Shown: piece after piece, positions 48,967-63,146 of the stretch
How the letters are laid out: each line of letters begins with the position of its first letter
Numbering within the stretch: the stretch's first letter is position 1
Origin: Antedon mediterranea
Taxonomy: Eukaryota; Animalia; Echinodermata
Length of the DNA stretch: 64,000 nucleotides
Direction: 5' to 3'
NCBI RefSeq assembly: GCF_964355755.1
Contig: NC_092670.1
Coordinates: 8,050,201-8,114,200, forward strand
The notes under the pieces: model-generated
What the model saw: only the letters and a program-made list of their open reading frames with translations
The model's database searches: none
What the model was told of the DNA's origin: nothing
Position numbers and translations under genes: made by a program

Positions 48967-50161
48967 ATGTTGAAGTTGAGGTATTGAGCAGAGGTACACT
49001 ATAGGTTATGTTTTGGAAAAAAAAGTACTGTAGTTATATTATAGATAACTGATTTTGCTGCAGTTTTGCAATCGATCAGAATATTCAAAACTTAATGTTG
49101 TTACTCTCTTCTAAATCCAATTATTTAATTAAAGTGGACTTTCAATACAATTCTGCATAATTGGCGTTATACAAACTACTGTAAAGGCAGTAACGATCCA
49201 CTATTGAGCTCTAGATAAAGCCTTTCCCCACCCACTATACACAATGGTAGAGTGGGTCGGTTATAATGTCTCGGATCGTTACTCAACAAGTACTCACTTG
49301 CTTACGGCATCTAAATATATAATTCAATTTGCATAATCATATTCTCAACCAATCAAATACCGTAAATAAGTACTTTTCTGCCAGTCTATGATCCTTTTTA
49401 TTGCTGAGGAATTCCATTCAGTTGTATACAGTGGCAGCGAGAGGAAGACGATAATTATCATTGAGGTAGGTACACGTTCCTAAACTGAAATATTGATTTG
49501 AATGTTTGAATTACCTCCGCCAAATAAAATGGCGAGAGCTGGTGAGACAATCGGCGTGTGTGTTTCTTATAATTGTTAGCAGGATTACTAAAAAATGTAT
49601 TGCCGATTTTCATAAGATTTTAAAGGATAGGTTCATAGCTGTATGGGAACGCGTTATTCAATTTCATATGACCAGTAGGTCAAATATCAAGCTAACCATA
49701 GCAATGGAAAGTTTCACCATAGGGATTTTCATTCCTTATTACGTATTTGTTGATATGTGGCATTGGCCCCCGCAATTAACACTCTAAACATAACCTATAT
49801 TTTGTTGGTAATGTATTGTATAGGGCTTGGTTCTATTTGATACGGCTTGGTAATTAGGAGGACCCCGATTTCTGTTTCTTTCCCAAAAAAAATAGTAGGC
49901 CTAAATGCCTTAAAATAACGCAAGCTAATATCACAAAATAATCCGTTAGCATTAGGCCTCAGTACTCTAATGAAATAAAAACTTTATACACGACATTAAA
50001 GTCGAATACGCCAATTTTAAATTCTTTGACATTATTTTTTTACAAAACTACTGTATGTACATCAGTTTGTTTTTCAATATAGTGTAGCTAATAGAATAGT
50101 ACTACTAAGTATAGTCGGAGGAAGTAGAATTATAGTTTTGACAATTGTATTTTTTTTATAG

Positions 50162-51246
50162 ATTTATTGATGAATGAATATGACTTCAACAAAGAAGAAT
50201 TTAACAGTGTAAATACCAACATGAAATGCAAATGTGAAAACTGTGGATATGAATTTGAGTTCAGAGATTTGAAAGAACATTTAGGAATACACGTACATAG
50301 TAAAGAGTTTAAATGTGAAAACTTTGAGGATTTTCTGCTAAATTACCAAACACCATATTATGACTTTGAACATTGTAGGCCTAGAATTGAAGAAAGTAAA
50401 CATTTTGGACTACCCATTGTCAATGAACATTGTCGAAATGACGAAAGTGAGAATTCGGGAAGCACTGCCGTAGAAGCTTCGTATGAATTTGAACATTGTC
50501 GAAATGAAGAAAATGAGAATTTGCGAAACACTTCTGAGGAAACTTCGTAGAATGAATCTAATGAAAATTGTGGAACTGAAGAAAGTGGTGATTTGAGAAT
50601 TCACACCTCCGAAGAGACTTTGTTTGGTTGTGAAAATTGTGGGAAACAATTTAATAAAATTGATGATTTAAAAAAACATTTTAAAATTCACACAAGAAAG
50701 ACACAACATGAATGTGAACCTTGTGGGAAGACATTTAAACCGAATACGAATTTGAAGGAGAAGCACCATTTGAATGTGAACACTGTGGGAAGAATTTTAA
50801 AGAAAGGGGAAATTTAAACAAATATTTCCGGATGCATACAGGAGAAAAACCATATGAATGTGAACATTGCGGTAAGAAATTTAAACAAAATGGAAGTTTG
50901 AAGATACACTTGAGAAAACACACAGGAGTGACACCATATGAATGTGAACATTGTGGTAAGAAATTTAAACACAATGGAAATTTGAAGATACATTTGAGAA
51001 CACACACAGGAGAGACACCATATGAATGTGAACATTGTGGACAGAAATTTAAACACAATGGAAGTTTGAAGATACATTTGAGAACAGACACAGGAGAGAC
51101 ACCATATGAATGTGACCATTGTGGACAGAAATTTAAACAAAATGAACATTTGAAAAAGCATTTGAGAACACACACAGGAGAGACACCATATGGATGTGAA
51201 CATTGTGGTAAGAAATTTAAACTAAGGTGGAATTTGAAAATGCATG
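50162..51246 (+). pseudogene. C2H2 zinc-finger gene B1, disrupted
   Basis: Acceptor at 50161; CKCENCG...EHLGIHVH first finger; in-frame TAG at 50548; frameshift near 50755; 4-5 good fingers at 50832-51246; cut by a repeat insertion. Confidence 0.85.
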
Positions 51247-51326
51247 ATTACATTTTGAAGGGTCAGGGTCAAAGATCAAGGTCTACAAAAAACCAGAACA
51301 AAAAAAGAAATAAAAAAATAATAATA

Positions 51327-52880
51327 ACTAGAATTTAATTCGTCACTTTGACGAATTATAGGTGATCATTTTTATCATTTGATTGACATTAATATTTTTA
51401 AACATGCACGTAATATGTTAACATACTGTACAATCGGAAAACGTTGATGTATGCCATCCTATCTTATAGTGCTGAGTTGTGCCTGTTATATGCCATATAC
51501 AATATGTACAGTATATACTGTATATCTATATACAGTGTAGCATAGGTGAAATTACGGGACACACATCATGTTCTAATTTTTTGGTATGATGGAATTATCA
51601 AAATAAACTCAAAGTTAACAATTTCGAAAGATAATGAATTGAGCAAATAAATATAAGAATTGGAAGAGAATTTGGCACGTAGAAGCGCAATGCGCGCTCT
51701 TTGAAATTTGTATAACTTTGACTAAAGAAATTTAAAAACTACTTTTTAACTTCAACTGGCCATACGATAACATCGCAACACCCGATTATTATTTATTTTA
51801 TATGAATTCATATCTACATTTCATCAGCTTTCATAAAAAGTTATAATATTCAAGGTCACCTTTAATTCTAAGGAGCTGTAACATATTCAAATGTATGGTG
51901 TAGGTGAAATTACACGTCCTACGTTATTCAACTTTTTACGCGTAATGACGTCATCAAAATGAAAACGCTAACCACTATTGGAAAGATAAATAATTAAGCA
52001 AGCATATACTGAAATTTGTGCAAAATTCGAGCACAAATAACCGAGATACGCTCTGTTGAATGTGATAATCTACACAAAAAGATAAAAAATCCAAATGTTT
52101 TAATTCAAGTGGCCTTTTGATGTCAAAACATTTTGTACGTCAAATGTGTACATGAATTCATATCTACAACTCAATGGCTTCCTGAATAAGTTTTAAAAAA
52201 AAATTGGGTCATCTTGCATTCTGAAGAGTTATTTTCATTTTAAAAAAGACCTATTTTTCACCATTTTCAGAACTTTTGTGAAATTAATGTGCGCATTTTG
52301 TCATTTTTAACGTGCTCGTATAACGTTATTTTAAGATGGAATGACTCAAAATCGGTGAATGTACTAAGAGTTATGAGTAGAATGTAATTTATACATCAAA
52401 TTTTATATTTTCTATGCCTTTTAAGAATTGCGCGCATAAAACGTATTTTTTGCGCAGTAATTTTTTGAAACACGCAAATGGCCTAATTCATGCTCTAAAT
52501 TGATTAAAACTTAATGTTGAGCTTTTTAAATTTTTAACGCGAGATTTCACACGCATGACGACCTTGAAAGGCGCGCGTTTTTATTTGCTAATATCTTTAC
52601 TCTTGACCTGAAGTTTACGTGTAGTGAATTTCATTGATATGTGATAATGAATTATGGAGATATGATTGATAGTGTGATTTCACAAAATCGCGCATTATTA
52701 ACGTCACGGTTGAGTGATCACACTGAAAAGCTTATTATGGTTACGTTAAAGTATTTAAAAGACATTGTAAAATGTTTGTGATCATTGCTATTTTACTTTT
52801 TTAGATAATTGACACAAAAAGTTTACAGAAAGAAGAATAACAACAACAATGACAACAATAACAATAGGTGATCATTTATT
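51327..52880 (-). mobile_element. Helentron-associated (HINE-like) element
   Basis: ACTAG plus hairpin TTCGTCA-CTT-TGACGAA plus TAGGTGATCATTT at the left; (AAC)n microsatellite plus TAGGTGATCATTT at the right; homologous to 33712-34448. Confidence 0.72.
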
Positions 52881-52895
52881 CTATAAAAAATATAA

Positions 52896-52966
52896 GCTCA
52901 GTGGGACTTGAACCAGTGATCTCAACTGTGAGAGGCTAGATACATAACCATTACACCAAACTCTCA
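52896..52966 (-). pseudogene. tRNA-derived SINE head or tRNA pseudogene
   Basis: Minus strand TGGTGTAATGG (A box)...GGTTCAAGTCC (B box) at tRNA spacing; acceptor stem does not pair well. Confidence 0.55.
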
Positions 52967-53550
52967 TCCACAACTTTGTAGTGTGCAGTTAGCCTATTTA
53001 CACTTAGAACTAATACAAAAATTTAAAAAATATATATATTCCGGGAAAATTTTATGTAGGGGAATTTTACAGTAGGCGGAGGTTTGTACTCTCGGAGTAC
53101 CCTCTAGTTATCATTATTACGTAGGTACATGTTCCAAAACTGAAATATTGATTCTATACTTTGTTTGTATACAATGTTTTAATTACCTCCACCAACCAAA
53201 ATGGCGAGAGCTGGTTATGTGACAATCGTTGGTAATTTACTATTTATGGTATATGGCTTGGTTATAATTGATACGGCTTGGTAATTAGGACCCCGCTTTT
53301 TCATAAACATAACAGATACGTTAACAACGCAAGCTAAGGGTTGACCCCTGATTAGGGTTTTATAGGGCCCGAAGGTGTTCCTTTAACTTAGGGGGGTTAC
53401 TTTAACAAGACCATAAACATGGCTGCAGTCGCGTGCTCAAATTTTGAGTTAGTGTTTACCGACCATCCGACCGACATAGTGAGCTGTAGAGTCGCACGCG
53501 ACTAAAAACTCAGTTGCAGTAAATTTTCTCTAAAACTTTATTTTTTTTAG

Positions 53551-53960
53551 ATTTATGTGAAGAAACGACATCTTAATTGATGAATGAATACGAAAATAGA
53601 TTGTAACAGCATGAAATGTGAACACTGTGGATATAAATTTGAGTTAACGGAATTGAAGGTAGATTGAGGAACACGTACATTTTAAAGAGTTAAAGAAAGA
53701 AATCTTGAGGATTTTCTGCTGAATGGCCAGAAACCATATGATTTTGAAATTGAAGAAAGTTATTATTTCGGACTACTACTACAACTACTACTACTACGAC
53801 AAATCTGAACATCAACAATTATGAAAGTGAGAATTTGGGAAACACTGCCGAAGAAACACACTTCGTATGAATCTGAACATTGTGGGAAAATATTTAACAA
53901 AATGTCAAGATGGTATAAAAATGTTTTTTTTCTCAAAAGGAAACATTTAATCTCAGACAA
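53551..53960 (+). pseudogene. Heavily decayed third copy of the ZNF B-type exon
   Basis: Acceptor at 53550; ATGAAATGTGAACACTGTGGATATAAATTTGAG parallels 50221-50260; upstream 53110-53295 parallels 49465-49865. Confidence 0.65.
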
Positions 53961-54029
53961 GAAAAAATTATCGTATCTGTGATGTTGATATTTTACGTAA
54001 ATGTTGTTTAACCTTTAGGCATATATTTA

Positions 54030-55413
54030 AACAAGTTACGGTGCTCAGCGATGATGTATAAAAAGAGGGGTGACCCATTTCCCAATGGTTTGATTTGCCT
54101 CCGCACTTTTTCGCTAGAAATTTCCTAAAACCAGAAACGATAGCGACGTTTAAACAACATTTTTCTCAATTTGAAGATGTTGTCATTTTGGAACCTGAAT
54201 GGAAGTAAATTATGAGTTCGTTATCTCCTCTTTATCGACAGGAAATCCTTTATGTACCGTTCGTTCATTCTATCCTTAATCCGCGAGACGCTGTCTTTGG
54301 TGGAAGAACAAAATGCGGCGCGATTATTCTACGAGGCTAGCATAGCAAAGATCATTACGTAGATTTCACAAGCCTCTATCCGTACTGCAATAATACGGAA
54401 CACATCCCGTTGTTGGTCACCCCGAGATTTTGGCATAAAAAACATATCGACCGATATTATTGCCTAATTAAATGCATAAAACCGCACGAACATTTGTTAC
54501 ATCCTGCATTACCATACAGGACCAATGGTAAACTTGTGTTTTCGTTATACCGCACCTGCGTAGAAAACTAATGTGTCAAGAAAGACGTAGAGATGGGATA
54601 TAACCTAACCAAAGGTCATGCAATCCTCTAACCAGTATATTACCACTTTTTAAAAAAGAACCTTCAGGGTGGCCTGAGGTGTATCTCTGACGATGACAAG
54701 CAGAAATATATCAGTATGAAGAAAATGAGGGAAAGAAATTAAATAAATTAATTTATTCATTAAATTAAAATCGATGAAACTGTATATAACGCTGGATTAA
54801 AAGCTTTGGCTAAACTTATGTTAAATTGTTGAGGATAGTTTGGTCAGAAAGAAAATCAAGCTAAAACCACAATCACTAGTGATGCAAAATGAAGTGTACG
54901 ACCTTCTATCCACACCTGAAGTTATTGATTATAAATGATGTTACCCTAATTAATGCCAACTTGGTAGAAGTTAAGTATGAAAGTCAATAAAAAAGCGTCA
55001 CAGAAATAAGAAAGTAAACATAGCTATTGCCGCTCGTTTCTAACATTACTAACCTTGGTGAATGGCAACCACCAATTGGAGATTATCTCGGTGAACTAAA
55101 AAATGAAATTAATCAGAAAGATGGCCAGTTTTATTTCATGTTGTGTCCGGAGATACAAAAAATTACGTATACAAATCGGGTAAAAAAAAGTTAAATGACA
55201 AACATTCTCAATAATTCAGTGTATTTTTATTAGTTCCATTGTTAGGAGTGTTGGACCAAATAAAATATCTACATCTGATTTAAACTGTATAACCCGAAAA
55301 CCAAAGTCAAGAAAAATAGTTAATGAATCATCCACTAAAGATTATTTATAGATTTGTGTATGATAAACTCAAATAGGCCTAATTGATATTACTGTACCGT
55401 ACCATACGGCTAT
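54030..55413 (+). pseudogene. Polinton/Maverick-type protein-primed DNA polymerase B remnant
   Basis: Ordered motifs across frameshifts: LNPRDAVFGGRT, YVDFTSLYPY, VGHPEI, HPALPYRTNGKLVF, SGWP, ALAKLMLN...FGQ, IGDYLGELKNE, VYDK, PYGY. Confidence 0.88.
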
Positions 55414-55999
55414 GTTTGATAAACTGCATGTTTTTGCTTCACATTCTTATGTTATCTCCGGAATATAATTTTTATAGGCCTACATATGTTTTTTTTTTCA
55501 CATTTTTTCTTTACGATTATTTAACGATCGTTTTACGATTATTTAACGTACGGTAGTTAAAGACTGTATATTTTCATCGGTAAGAATTCCAATTTGTTCT
55601 GTAGTTTTAGTAGGCCTAATTCGTTTTTAAATACTATTTTGTGTAATATTCTTGTAAATAAGAGAATTTATTTTTTGTAACATTTATTTATCTTTTTGTA
55701 ACTAAATATACTGAAATAAAATAAATTGTTACGTATATTTCATCTTTATTTAGTGTGTCGATTAACTTCAAAAACAAAAACTTACTCTCTTAAATTCATC
55801 AATTGGGATTTTCAATCGTCTTACCTTTGATGATTAAACCCAAACTTTTTAGACTGAATATTGTATCCATGACCGTGAAATACGCTCCAGTTGAAAATAA
55901 AGTTTCAACTGATAGAAAGTTTGATTACAACATCCAAATATTGTGATGTGTGACCGCGTGGACATGCAAACAAGTTTGTCCAATACCTCAAATGCATAA

Positions 56000-56146
56000 T
56001 CTCTCTTTGCAGCTTGAGTCTTGATCTCTTTTTGCAGCTTGAGTCTTGATCTCTTTTTGCAGCTTGAGTCTTGATCTCTGTTTGCAGCTTGAGTCTTGAT
56101 CTCTTTTTGCAGCTTGAGTCTTGATCTCTGTTTGCAGTTTGAGTCC
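56000..56146. repeat. 25-bp tandem repeat, about 6 copies
   Basis: AGCTTGAGTC or a near match recurs at 56011, 56036, 56061, 56086, 56111 and 56136. Confidence 0.92.
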
Positions 56147-56309
56147 AATCCAGGTTTCACATGCATAACATCTAATGGAAATATTCCGGGCTACTACAAA
56201 CGAAAACATAATCAGATGAACAGAATTAATATTATTATTATTATTCAAACAAAGAAATAGGCATAGGGCTAAACTCTCTCAATATTACTGTAACTGTAAA
56301 AAAAAAATA

Positions 56310-56870
56310 TATAAATTACTAGTATTCAGTTGAATTGACGGGGAGGATTAAATCCATATTGGCGACTCAGTATGATGGCAAAGATATAACAAGTATGATG
56401 ATCCGTTGGTTGGGGACACACCACGCGACGCGCCAGGTACACAGCACGTGGTGGCAGGAGATGGAGGAGAGAGAGTAGAGACGTGTCATGCATCTTTCAA
56501 CAGATTGATTTCACTGTAAAGATGTACTTATAATACTTAGGCCTACTAATGATTGGTGAACTTAAGTTAATGGTAGCTAGTTAGTAGTCTATACAGTACT
56601 TCTAGGTAGACCTCCTAGGCATGTTAATTTATGGTTAATTAATTTACTACCTAGCAGCACTGCAACAGAAGCTAGAATTTCGCTAGTAACATGATATCCG
56701 ATCAGTGCTACTGTACAGTTCGGTCGCGATTCAAATCGGCCGTGGTGGTACGTATTCGGTCGCTTCTTCACCGCTTGACTTATCTCTATGGCTATAATGT
56801 GAAGCGCCGCTGGCGAAATTTCTATTTCAAAGCTTGGACGTCTCAGGCAGAAATCATTTATGAAATACAG
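56310..56870 (+). repeat. Dispersed repeat, copy of 12270-12800
   Basis: Collinear shared blocks; the ORF-track peptides at 12621 and 56691 are similar for this reason. Confidence 0.75.
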
Positions 56871-57433
56871 CATCAATTGGGACATTAGGGGGTACTATAT
56901 AATAAGTATTTATATCAGAGAGTTACAGTACCTACTTTTGCTGTCTGGAATAATAATAATACAGTTTTCTTCCATAGTTCAACATATTTATAATTTTTTA
57001 GGCCAGCCTAGGCCTACTAAAAAGTATCAGTCTTTTTGCCTTTTTAGTTATTTTTATTTTTATTACTTTAAATAAAGTTATTCACTTTTTTAGAAAAAAT
57101 AAGCTAATTAATACACATTATAAAAAAAAATATATGATTAAATTTAACTAAAAAAACTGTCGCAATCGACTTCCAATTGAACATTCTTACTTTAAATTAT
57201 AGTTTTTAAATTAATTTTTTAGTTCAAATTTTAGTCAAACTGAATAACTATTAGATGGCATATTCAACACACAAATTTAAAAAAAAAATTTTATTGGGGG
57301 AATTGAGTGGGTGGAAATATTTCTTTAAATAAATCAGTGACAAAAAAAATTCTCAAAACCATGAATAGTCTATTATTATTATTACCGTAGTTAATTTAAC
57401 GACATATTTTCTTTCAGAATTACAGAATACAAC

Positions 57434-58510
57434 ATGAAATATAAATGTGAACACTGTGGAGTTAAGTTGGAATTCAGTGACTTGAAAGAACATTTAGGAT
57501 TACACAATCATTCTAAAGAAATAAAATGTGAGCTCTGTGACGATACAATTGACAAGTGTAACCTACATAACCAGACACCATATGAATGTGAGCATGAGGA
57601 GAAAGGAAATCAGAATTTGAAAAAACATTTGAGGACAAACACAGCTGGAGAGACACCATATGAATGTCAACATTGTGGTAAGAAATTTAAACAAAATGGA
57701 AATTTGAAGATACATTTGAGAATACACACAAGAGAGACACCATATGAATGTGAACATTGTGGTAAGAAATTTAAACAAAATGGAAATTTGAAGATACATT
57801 TGAGAACACACACAGGAGAGACACCATATGAATGTGAACAATGTGGAACGAAATTTAAACACAATAGAAGTTTGAAGATACATTTGAGAACACACACTAG
57901 AGAGGCACCATACCAATTTCAACATTGTGGTAAGAAATTTAAACAAAATGAGAATTTTAAGATACATTTGAGAACACACACTACAGAGGCACCATATGAA
58001 TGTGAACATTGTGGTAAGAAATTTAAACAAAATTGGGATTTGAAAAGACATTTGAGAGTACACACAGGAGAGACACCATATGAATGTGTATATTGTGGTA
58101 AGAAATTTAAACTAAATGGAAATTTGAAGAGACATTTGAGAATAAACACAGGAGAGACACCATATGAATGTGAACATTGTGGTAAGAAATTCAAACAAAA
58201 TGGGGATTTGAAAAGACATTTTAGAATACACACAAGAGAGACACCATATGAATGTGAACATTGTGGTAAGAAATTTAAACAAAATGGAAGTTTGAAGATA
58301 CATTTGAGAATACACACAGGAGAGACACCATATGAATGTGAACATTGTGGTAAGAAATTTAAACAAAATGGAAATTTGAAGATACATTTGAGAAAACACA
58401 CAGGAGAGACACCATATGAATGTGAACATTGTGGTAAGAAATTTAAACTAAATGGAAATTTGAAGATGCATTTGAAAACACACACAGGAGGGACACCATA
58501 TGAATGTTAA
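57434..58510 (+). CDS. C2H2 zinc-finger protein A2 (358 aa, about 10 tandem fingers)
   Basis: Acceptor TTTCAG at ~57418; N-terminus nearly identical to A1; open frame with canonical fingers. The stop falls inside a finger (YEC*HCG), so it may be a premature truncation. Confidence 0.8.
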   Translation: MKYKCEHCGVKLEFSDLKEHLGLHNHSKEIKCELCDDTIDKCNLHNQTPYECEHEEKGNQNLKKHLRTNTAGETPYECQHCGKKFKQNGNLKIHLRIHTRETPYECEHCGKKFKQNGNLKIHLRTHTGETPYECEQCGTKFKHNRSLKIHLRTHTREAPYQFQHCGKKFKQNENFKIHLRTHTTEAPYECEHCGKKFKQNWDLKRHLRVHTGETPYECVYCGKKFKLNGNLKRHLRINTGETPYECEHCGKKFKQNGDLKRHFRIHTRETPYECEHCGKKFKQNGSLKIHLRIHTGETPYECEHCGKKFKQNGNLKIHLRKHTGETPYECEHCGKKFKLNGNLKMHLKTHTGGTPYEC

Positions 58511-58754
58511 CATTGTGGGAAGAAATTTAAACAGAATGGAAATTTGAAGATACATTTGAGAACACACACAATAGAGACACCATATGAAAGTGAACATTGT
58601 GGAACGAAATTTACACGGAATGCTACTTTGAAAGCACATTTAAAAACACATAACACACCATATGAAATTTAAATGGAAGCCAACTTTGAAAGCACATTTC
58701 AGAGAACACACAAGAGACACAATATGAACGTGAACAGTGTGGGAAGAAATTTAA

Positions 58755-58868
<114 letters not shown>

Positions 58869-61800
58869 TAGAGTACACACAGGAGAGACACCATATGACT
58901 GTAAACAATGTTGAAGAAAATGGAGAATTAAAAATATGGAACAGACCATATGAAGTGAACATTGTGGTAAGAAATTAGAAACTAATTGGTGGGAATTTGA
59001 TAATGCATCTAAGAATACACATAGGAGAGACACCATATGAATGTGAATACTGTGGACATAACAGAAATTTAAACAAAGTGTGGATTTAAAAAGACATTTA
59101 AGAACACAAAAAAATGATAAACACTTTGGGAAAAAAAATAAACAAAATGATACTTTCACACCACATTTTAAAACTCACACAGGAGAAAGACCATGTGACG
59201 ATTATGGAAGAAATGCAATGAAAGGGGTGATTTGGAAAAACAGAACAGAATGTAAGAAATACACCAACACAAAACAGTTGGGGTGGGGGCGGAAATAAAC
59301 AAAATGAAAGCACTCGGAAACTGATATTTCGGCCCATGTCAAAAGAATACAAATTGTTCTTTTTTTTATTTTTGAAGTTCATAAATTTTAAAAGGCATGT
59401 ACTGTAAATATATACTCGATCTACACTATCAAACTAGTTTGACAAAAAAAGTGTGATGTGCCCAAATATGGTAGTGATATGACATGTCCATATGGATCAC
59501 AATTTTTTGTCTCATAAATTTTGATAGCATAGAGAGAGCTTTAGACAAAAGAATATAAATTTTGTGGGAAAATAATTGTACTTTGAACACACAGTGGTGA
59601 TTTGAAAGAACATTTTAGAAAACAAACAAGATATACACTACATTATAACATTGTGCGAAGAAATTTAAAGTGATAATTCACATGAGAGAGAATTAATAGG
59701 TTAAGTTTGAATATTTTTTAATAAACAGAAATATTTATTTCAGATAAATGAGTTACTATAATGCAGTACTCAATAATTTGAGCCATAATACTTGAAGAAT
59801 ATATTATGTAGATTACTTTATTCCCTGATACAAAAAAAAACTAATACATTGAAGTTTATGTAGTGTTTTAAGATTGTCATGTCAATCAAACAAATCAAAC
59901 ACAATAGATAATAATAAACCATTCCCATAACGGGAGAATTTTGAAAAAAACATTTTAGAACTCTCACAATGAATCTGAATATTGTGAGAATAAAAAAACA
60001 TTTGAAAATATACACTGCAAAGACACAACACAATATAAATGAAATTTGTGGAAAGAGATTTAAAACTAATATTTAACATTTAGAATTACATTTGAGGATA
60101 CACACAAGAGAGAAAACATACTGTACTGTATAAATGTTAATGTTCTGTGTGTTGCTGTTTTTTGTTTTGTTTAAAGTACACACACACTTTCAATTCTAAA
60201 TGTACACTCTTTTACTTACTAGTTAGTAAATTGTTGTTATAACATTTATTATAATACTATGATACTAGGACTTAAATATTGTATTATTTTAATTTACTTT
60301 ATTATAACATTATGCATTTTTGGTTTTGTTTACACTTTGTTTCGTTTGTGATATTTTGTTGGTCAAAAATTATAATAAACCCTTTCTATGATTTATAATG
60401 TACAGTAGCCTTCCTATGTAATAAAGCCTTTCTATGATTTTTATTTCAAAGTAACAGTTTTCTTTTATAGTCGGTTTTTGTAACAATAAAATCAAGTTTT
60501 ATTCATATATATTCAAGGTACTGTATTATATACTATTTTCTTTGTGTATATTTGTAAACACATGGCGACACAAGAAGGAATAGATAGATAGTAGTTTGTA
60601 TTTTATATTTTTAGTCGCGTGGACGCGACTCTATAGTTCACTATGTCGGTCGGTCGGTCTGTCGGTCCGGTATCACTATGCGTTTTAGCACGCGACTTAT
60701 TGCTGTTGGCCTTGTTATGTTGAAGTTGAGGTATTGAGCAGAGGTACACTATAGGTTATGTTTTAGAAAAAAAAGTACTGTAGTTATATTATAGATAACT
60801 GATTTTGCTGCAGTTTTGCAATCGATCAGAATATTCAAAACTTAATGTTGTTACGTGTTGTCAAAAGAATTGACACAACAATGTAACACTCTGAATCCAG
60901 AGGGTAACAACTCTCTTCTAAATCCAATTATTTAATTAAAGTGGACTTTCAATACAATTCTGCATAATTGGCGTTATACAAACTACTGTAAAGGCAGTAA
61001 CGATCCACTATTGAGCTCTAGATAAAGCCTTTCCCCACCCACTATACACAATGGTAGAGTGGGTCGGTTATAATGTCTCGGGTCGTTACTCAACAAGTAC
61101 TCACTTGCTTACGGCATCTAAATATATAATTCAATTTGCATAATCATACTCTCAACCAATCAAATACCGTAAATAAGTACTTTTCTGCCAGTCTATGATC
61201 CTATTTATTGCTGAGGAATTCCATTCAGTTGTATACAGTGGCAGCGAGAGAACGACTGAGGAAGACGATAATTATCATTGAGGTAGGTACACGTTCCTAA
61301 ACTGAAATATTGATTTGAATGTTTGAATTACCTCCGCCAAACAAAATGGCGAGAGCTGGTGAGACAATCGGCGTGTGTGTTTCTTATAATTGTTAGCAGG
61401 ATTACTAAAAAATGTATTGCCGATTTTCATAAGATTTTAAAGGATAGGTTCATAGCTGTATGGGAACGCGTTATTCAATTTCATATGACCAGTAGGTCAA
61501 ATATCAAGCTAACCATAGCAATGGAAAGTTTCACCATAGGGATTTTCATTCCTTATTACGTATTTGTTGGTATGTGGCATTGGCCCCCGCAATTAACACT
61601 CTAAATATAACCTATATTTTGTTGGTAATGTATTGTATAGGGCTTGGTTCTATTTGATACGGCTTGGTAATTAGGAGGACCCCGATTTCTGTTTCTTTCC
61701 CCAAAAAAATAGTAGGCCTAAATGCCTTAAAATAACGCAAGCTAATATCACAAAATAATCCGTTAGCATTAGGCCTCAGTACTCTAATGAAATAAAAACT

Positions 61801-61977
61801 TTATACACGACATTAAAGTCGAATACGCCAATTTTAAATTCTTTGACATTATTTTTTTACAAAACTACTGTATGTACATAAGTTTGTTTTTCAATATAGT
61901 GTAGCTAATAGAATAGTACTACTAAGTATAGTCGGAGGAAGTAGAATTATAGTTTTGACAATTGTATTTTTTTATAG

Positions 61978-63066
61978 ATTTATTGATGAATGAATATGAC
62001 TTCAACAAAGAAGAATTTAACAGTGTAAATACCAACATGAAATGCAAATGTGAAAACTGTGGATATGAATTTGAGTTCAGAGATTTGAAAGAACATTTAG
62101 GAATACACGTACATAGTAAAGAGTTTAAATGTGAAAACTTTGAGGATTTTCTGCTAAATGACCAAACACCATTATGACTTTGAACATTGTAGGCCTAGAA
62201 TTGAAGAAAGTAAACATTTTGGACTACCCATTGTCAATGAATTTGAACATTGTCGAAATGACGAAAGTGAGAATTCGGGAAGCACTGCCGTAGAAGCTTC
62301 GTATGAATTTGAACATTGTCGAAATGAAGAAAATGAGAATTTGCGAAACACTTCTGAGGAAACTTCGTAGAATGAATCTAATGAAAATTATGGAACTGAA
62401 GAAAGTGGTGATTTGAGAATTCACACCTCCGAAGAAACTTTGTTTGGTTGTGAAAATTGTGGGAAACAATTTAATAAAAGTGATGATTTAAAAAAACATT
62501 TTAAAATTCACACAAGAAAGACACAACATGAATGTGAACCTTGTGGGAAGACATTTAAACCGAATACGAATTTGAAGGAGAAGCACCATTTGAATGTGAA
62601 CACTGTGGGAAGAATTTTAAAGAAAGGGGGAATTTAAACAAATATTTCCGGATGCATACAGGAGAAAAACCATATGAATGTGAACATTGCGGTAAGAAAT
62701 TTAAACAAAATGGAAGTTTGAAGATACACTTGAGAAAACACACAGGAGTGACACCATATGAATGTGAACATTGTGGTAAGAAATTTAAACACAATGGAAA
62801 TTTGAAGATACATTTGAGAACACACACAGGAGAGACACCATATGAATGTGAACATTGTGGACAGAAATTTAAACACAATGGAAGTTTGAAGATACATTTG
62901 AGAACAGACACAGGAGAGACACCATATGAATGTGACCATTGTGGACAGAAATTTAAACAAAATGAACATTTGAAAAAGCATTTGAGAACACACACAGGAG
63001 AGACACCATATGGATGTGAATATTGTGGTAAGAAATTTAAACTAAGGTGGAATTTGAAAATGCATG
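61978..63066 (+). pseudogene. C2H2 zinc-finger gene B2, disrupted
   Basis: Paralog of B1 with the same TAG (62368) and the same later lesions, plus an extra frameshift near 62172. Confidence 0.85.
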
Positions 63067-63146
63067 GTTACATTTTGAAGGGTCAGGGTCAAAGATCAAG
63101 GTCCACAAAAAACCAGAACAAAAAAAGAAATAAAAAAATAATAATA

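Noticed and set aside
49506-49787. 93-aa ORF conserved at 61323-61604
   Set aside because: Conservation reflects the recent duplication; TTG start, repeat-like sequence, no domain.
52896-52966. Functional tRNA gene
   Set aside because: A and B boxes are present, but the stems are imperfect and it is embedded in repeats; treated as a SINE head or pseudogene.
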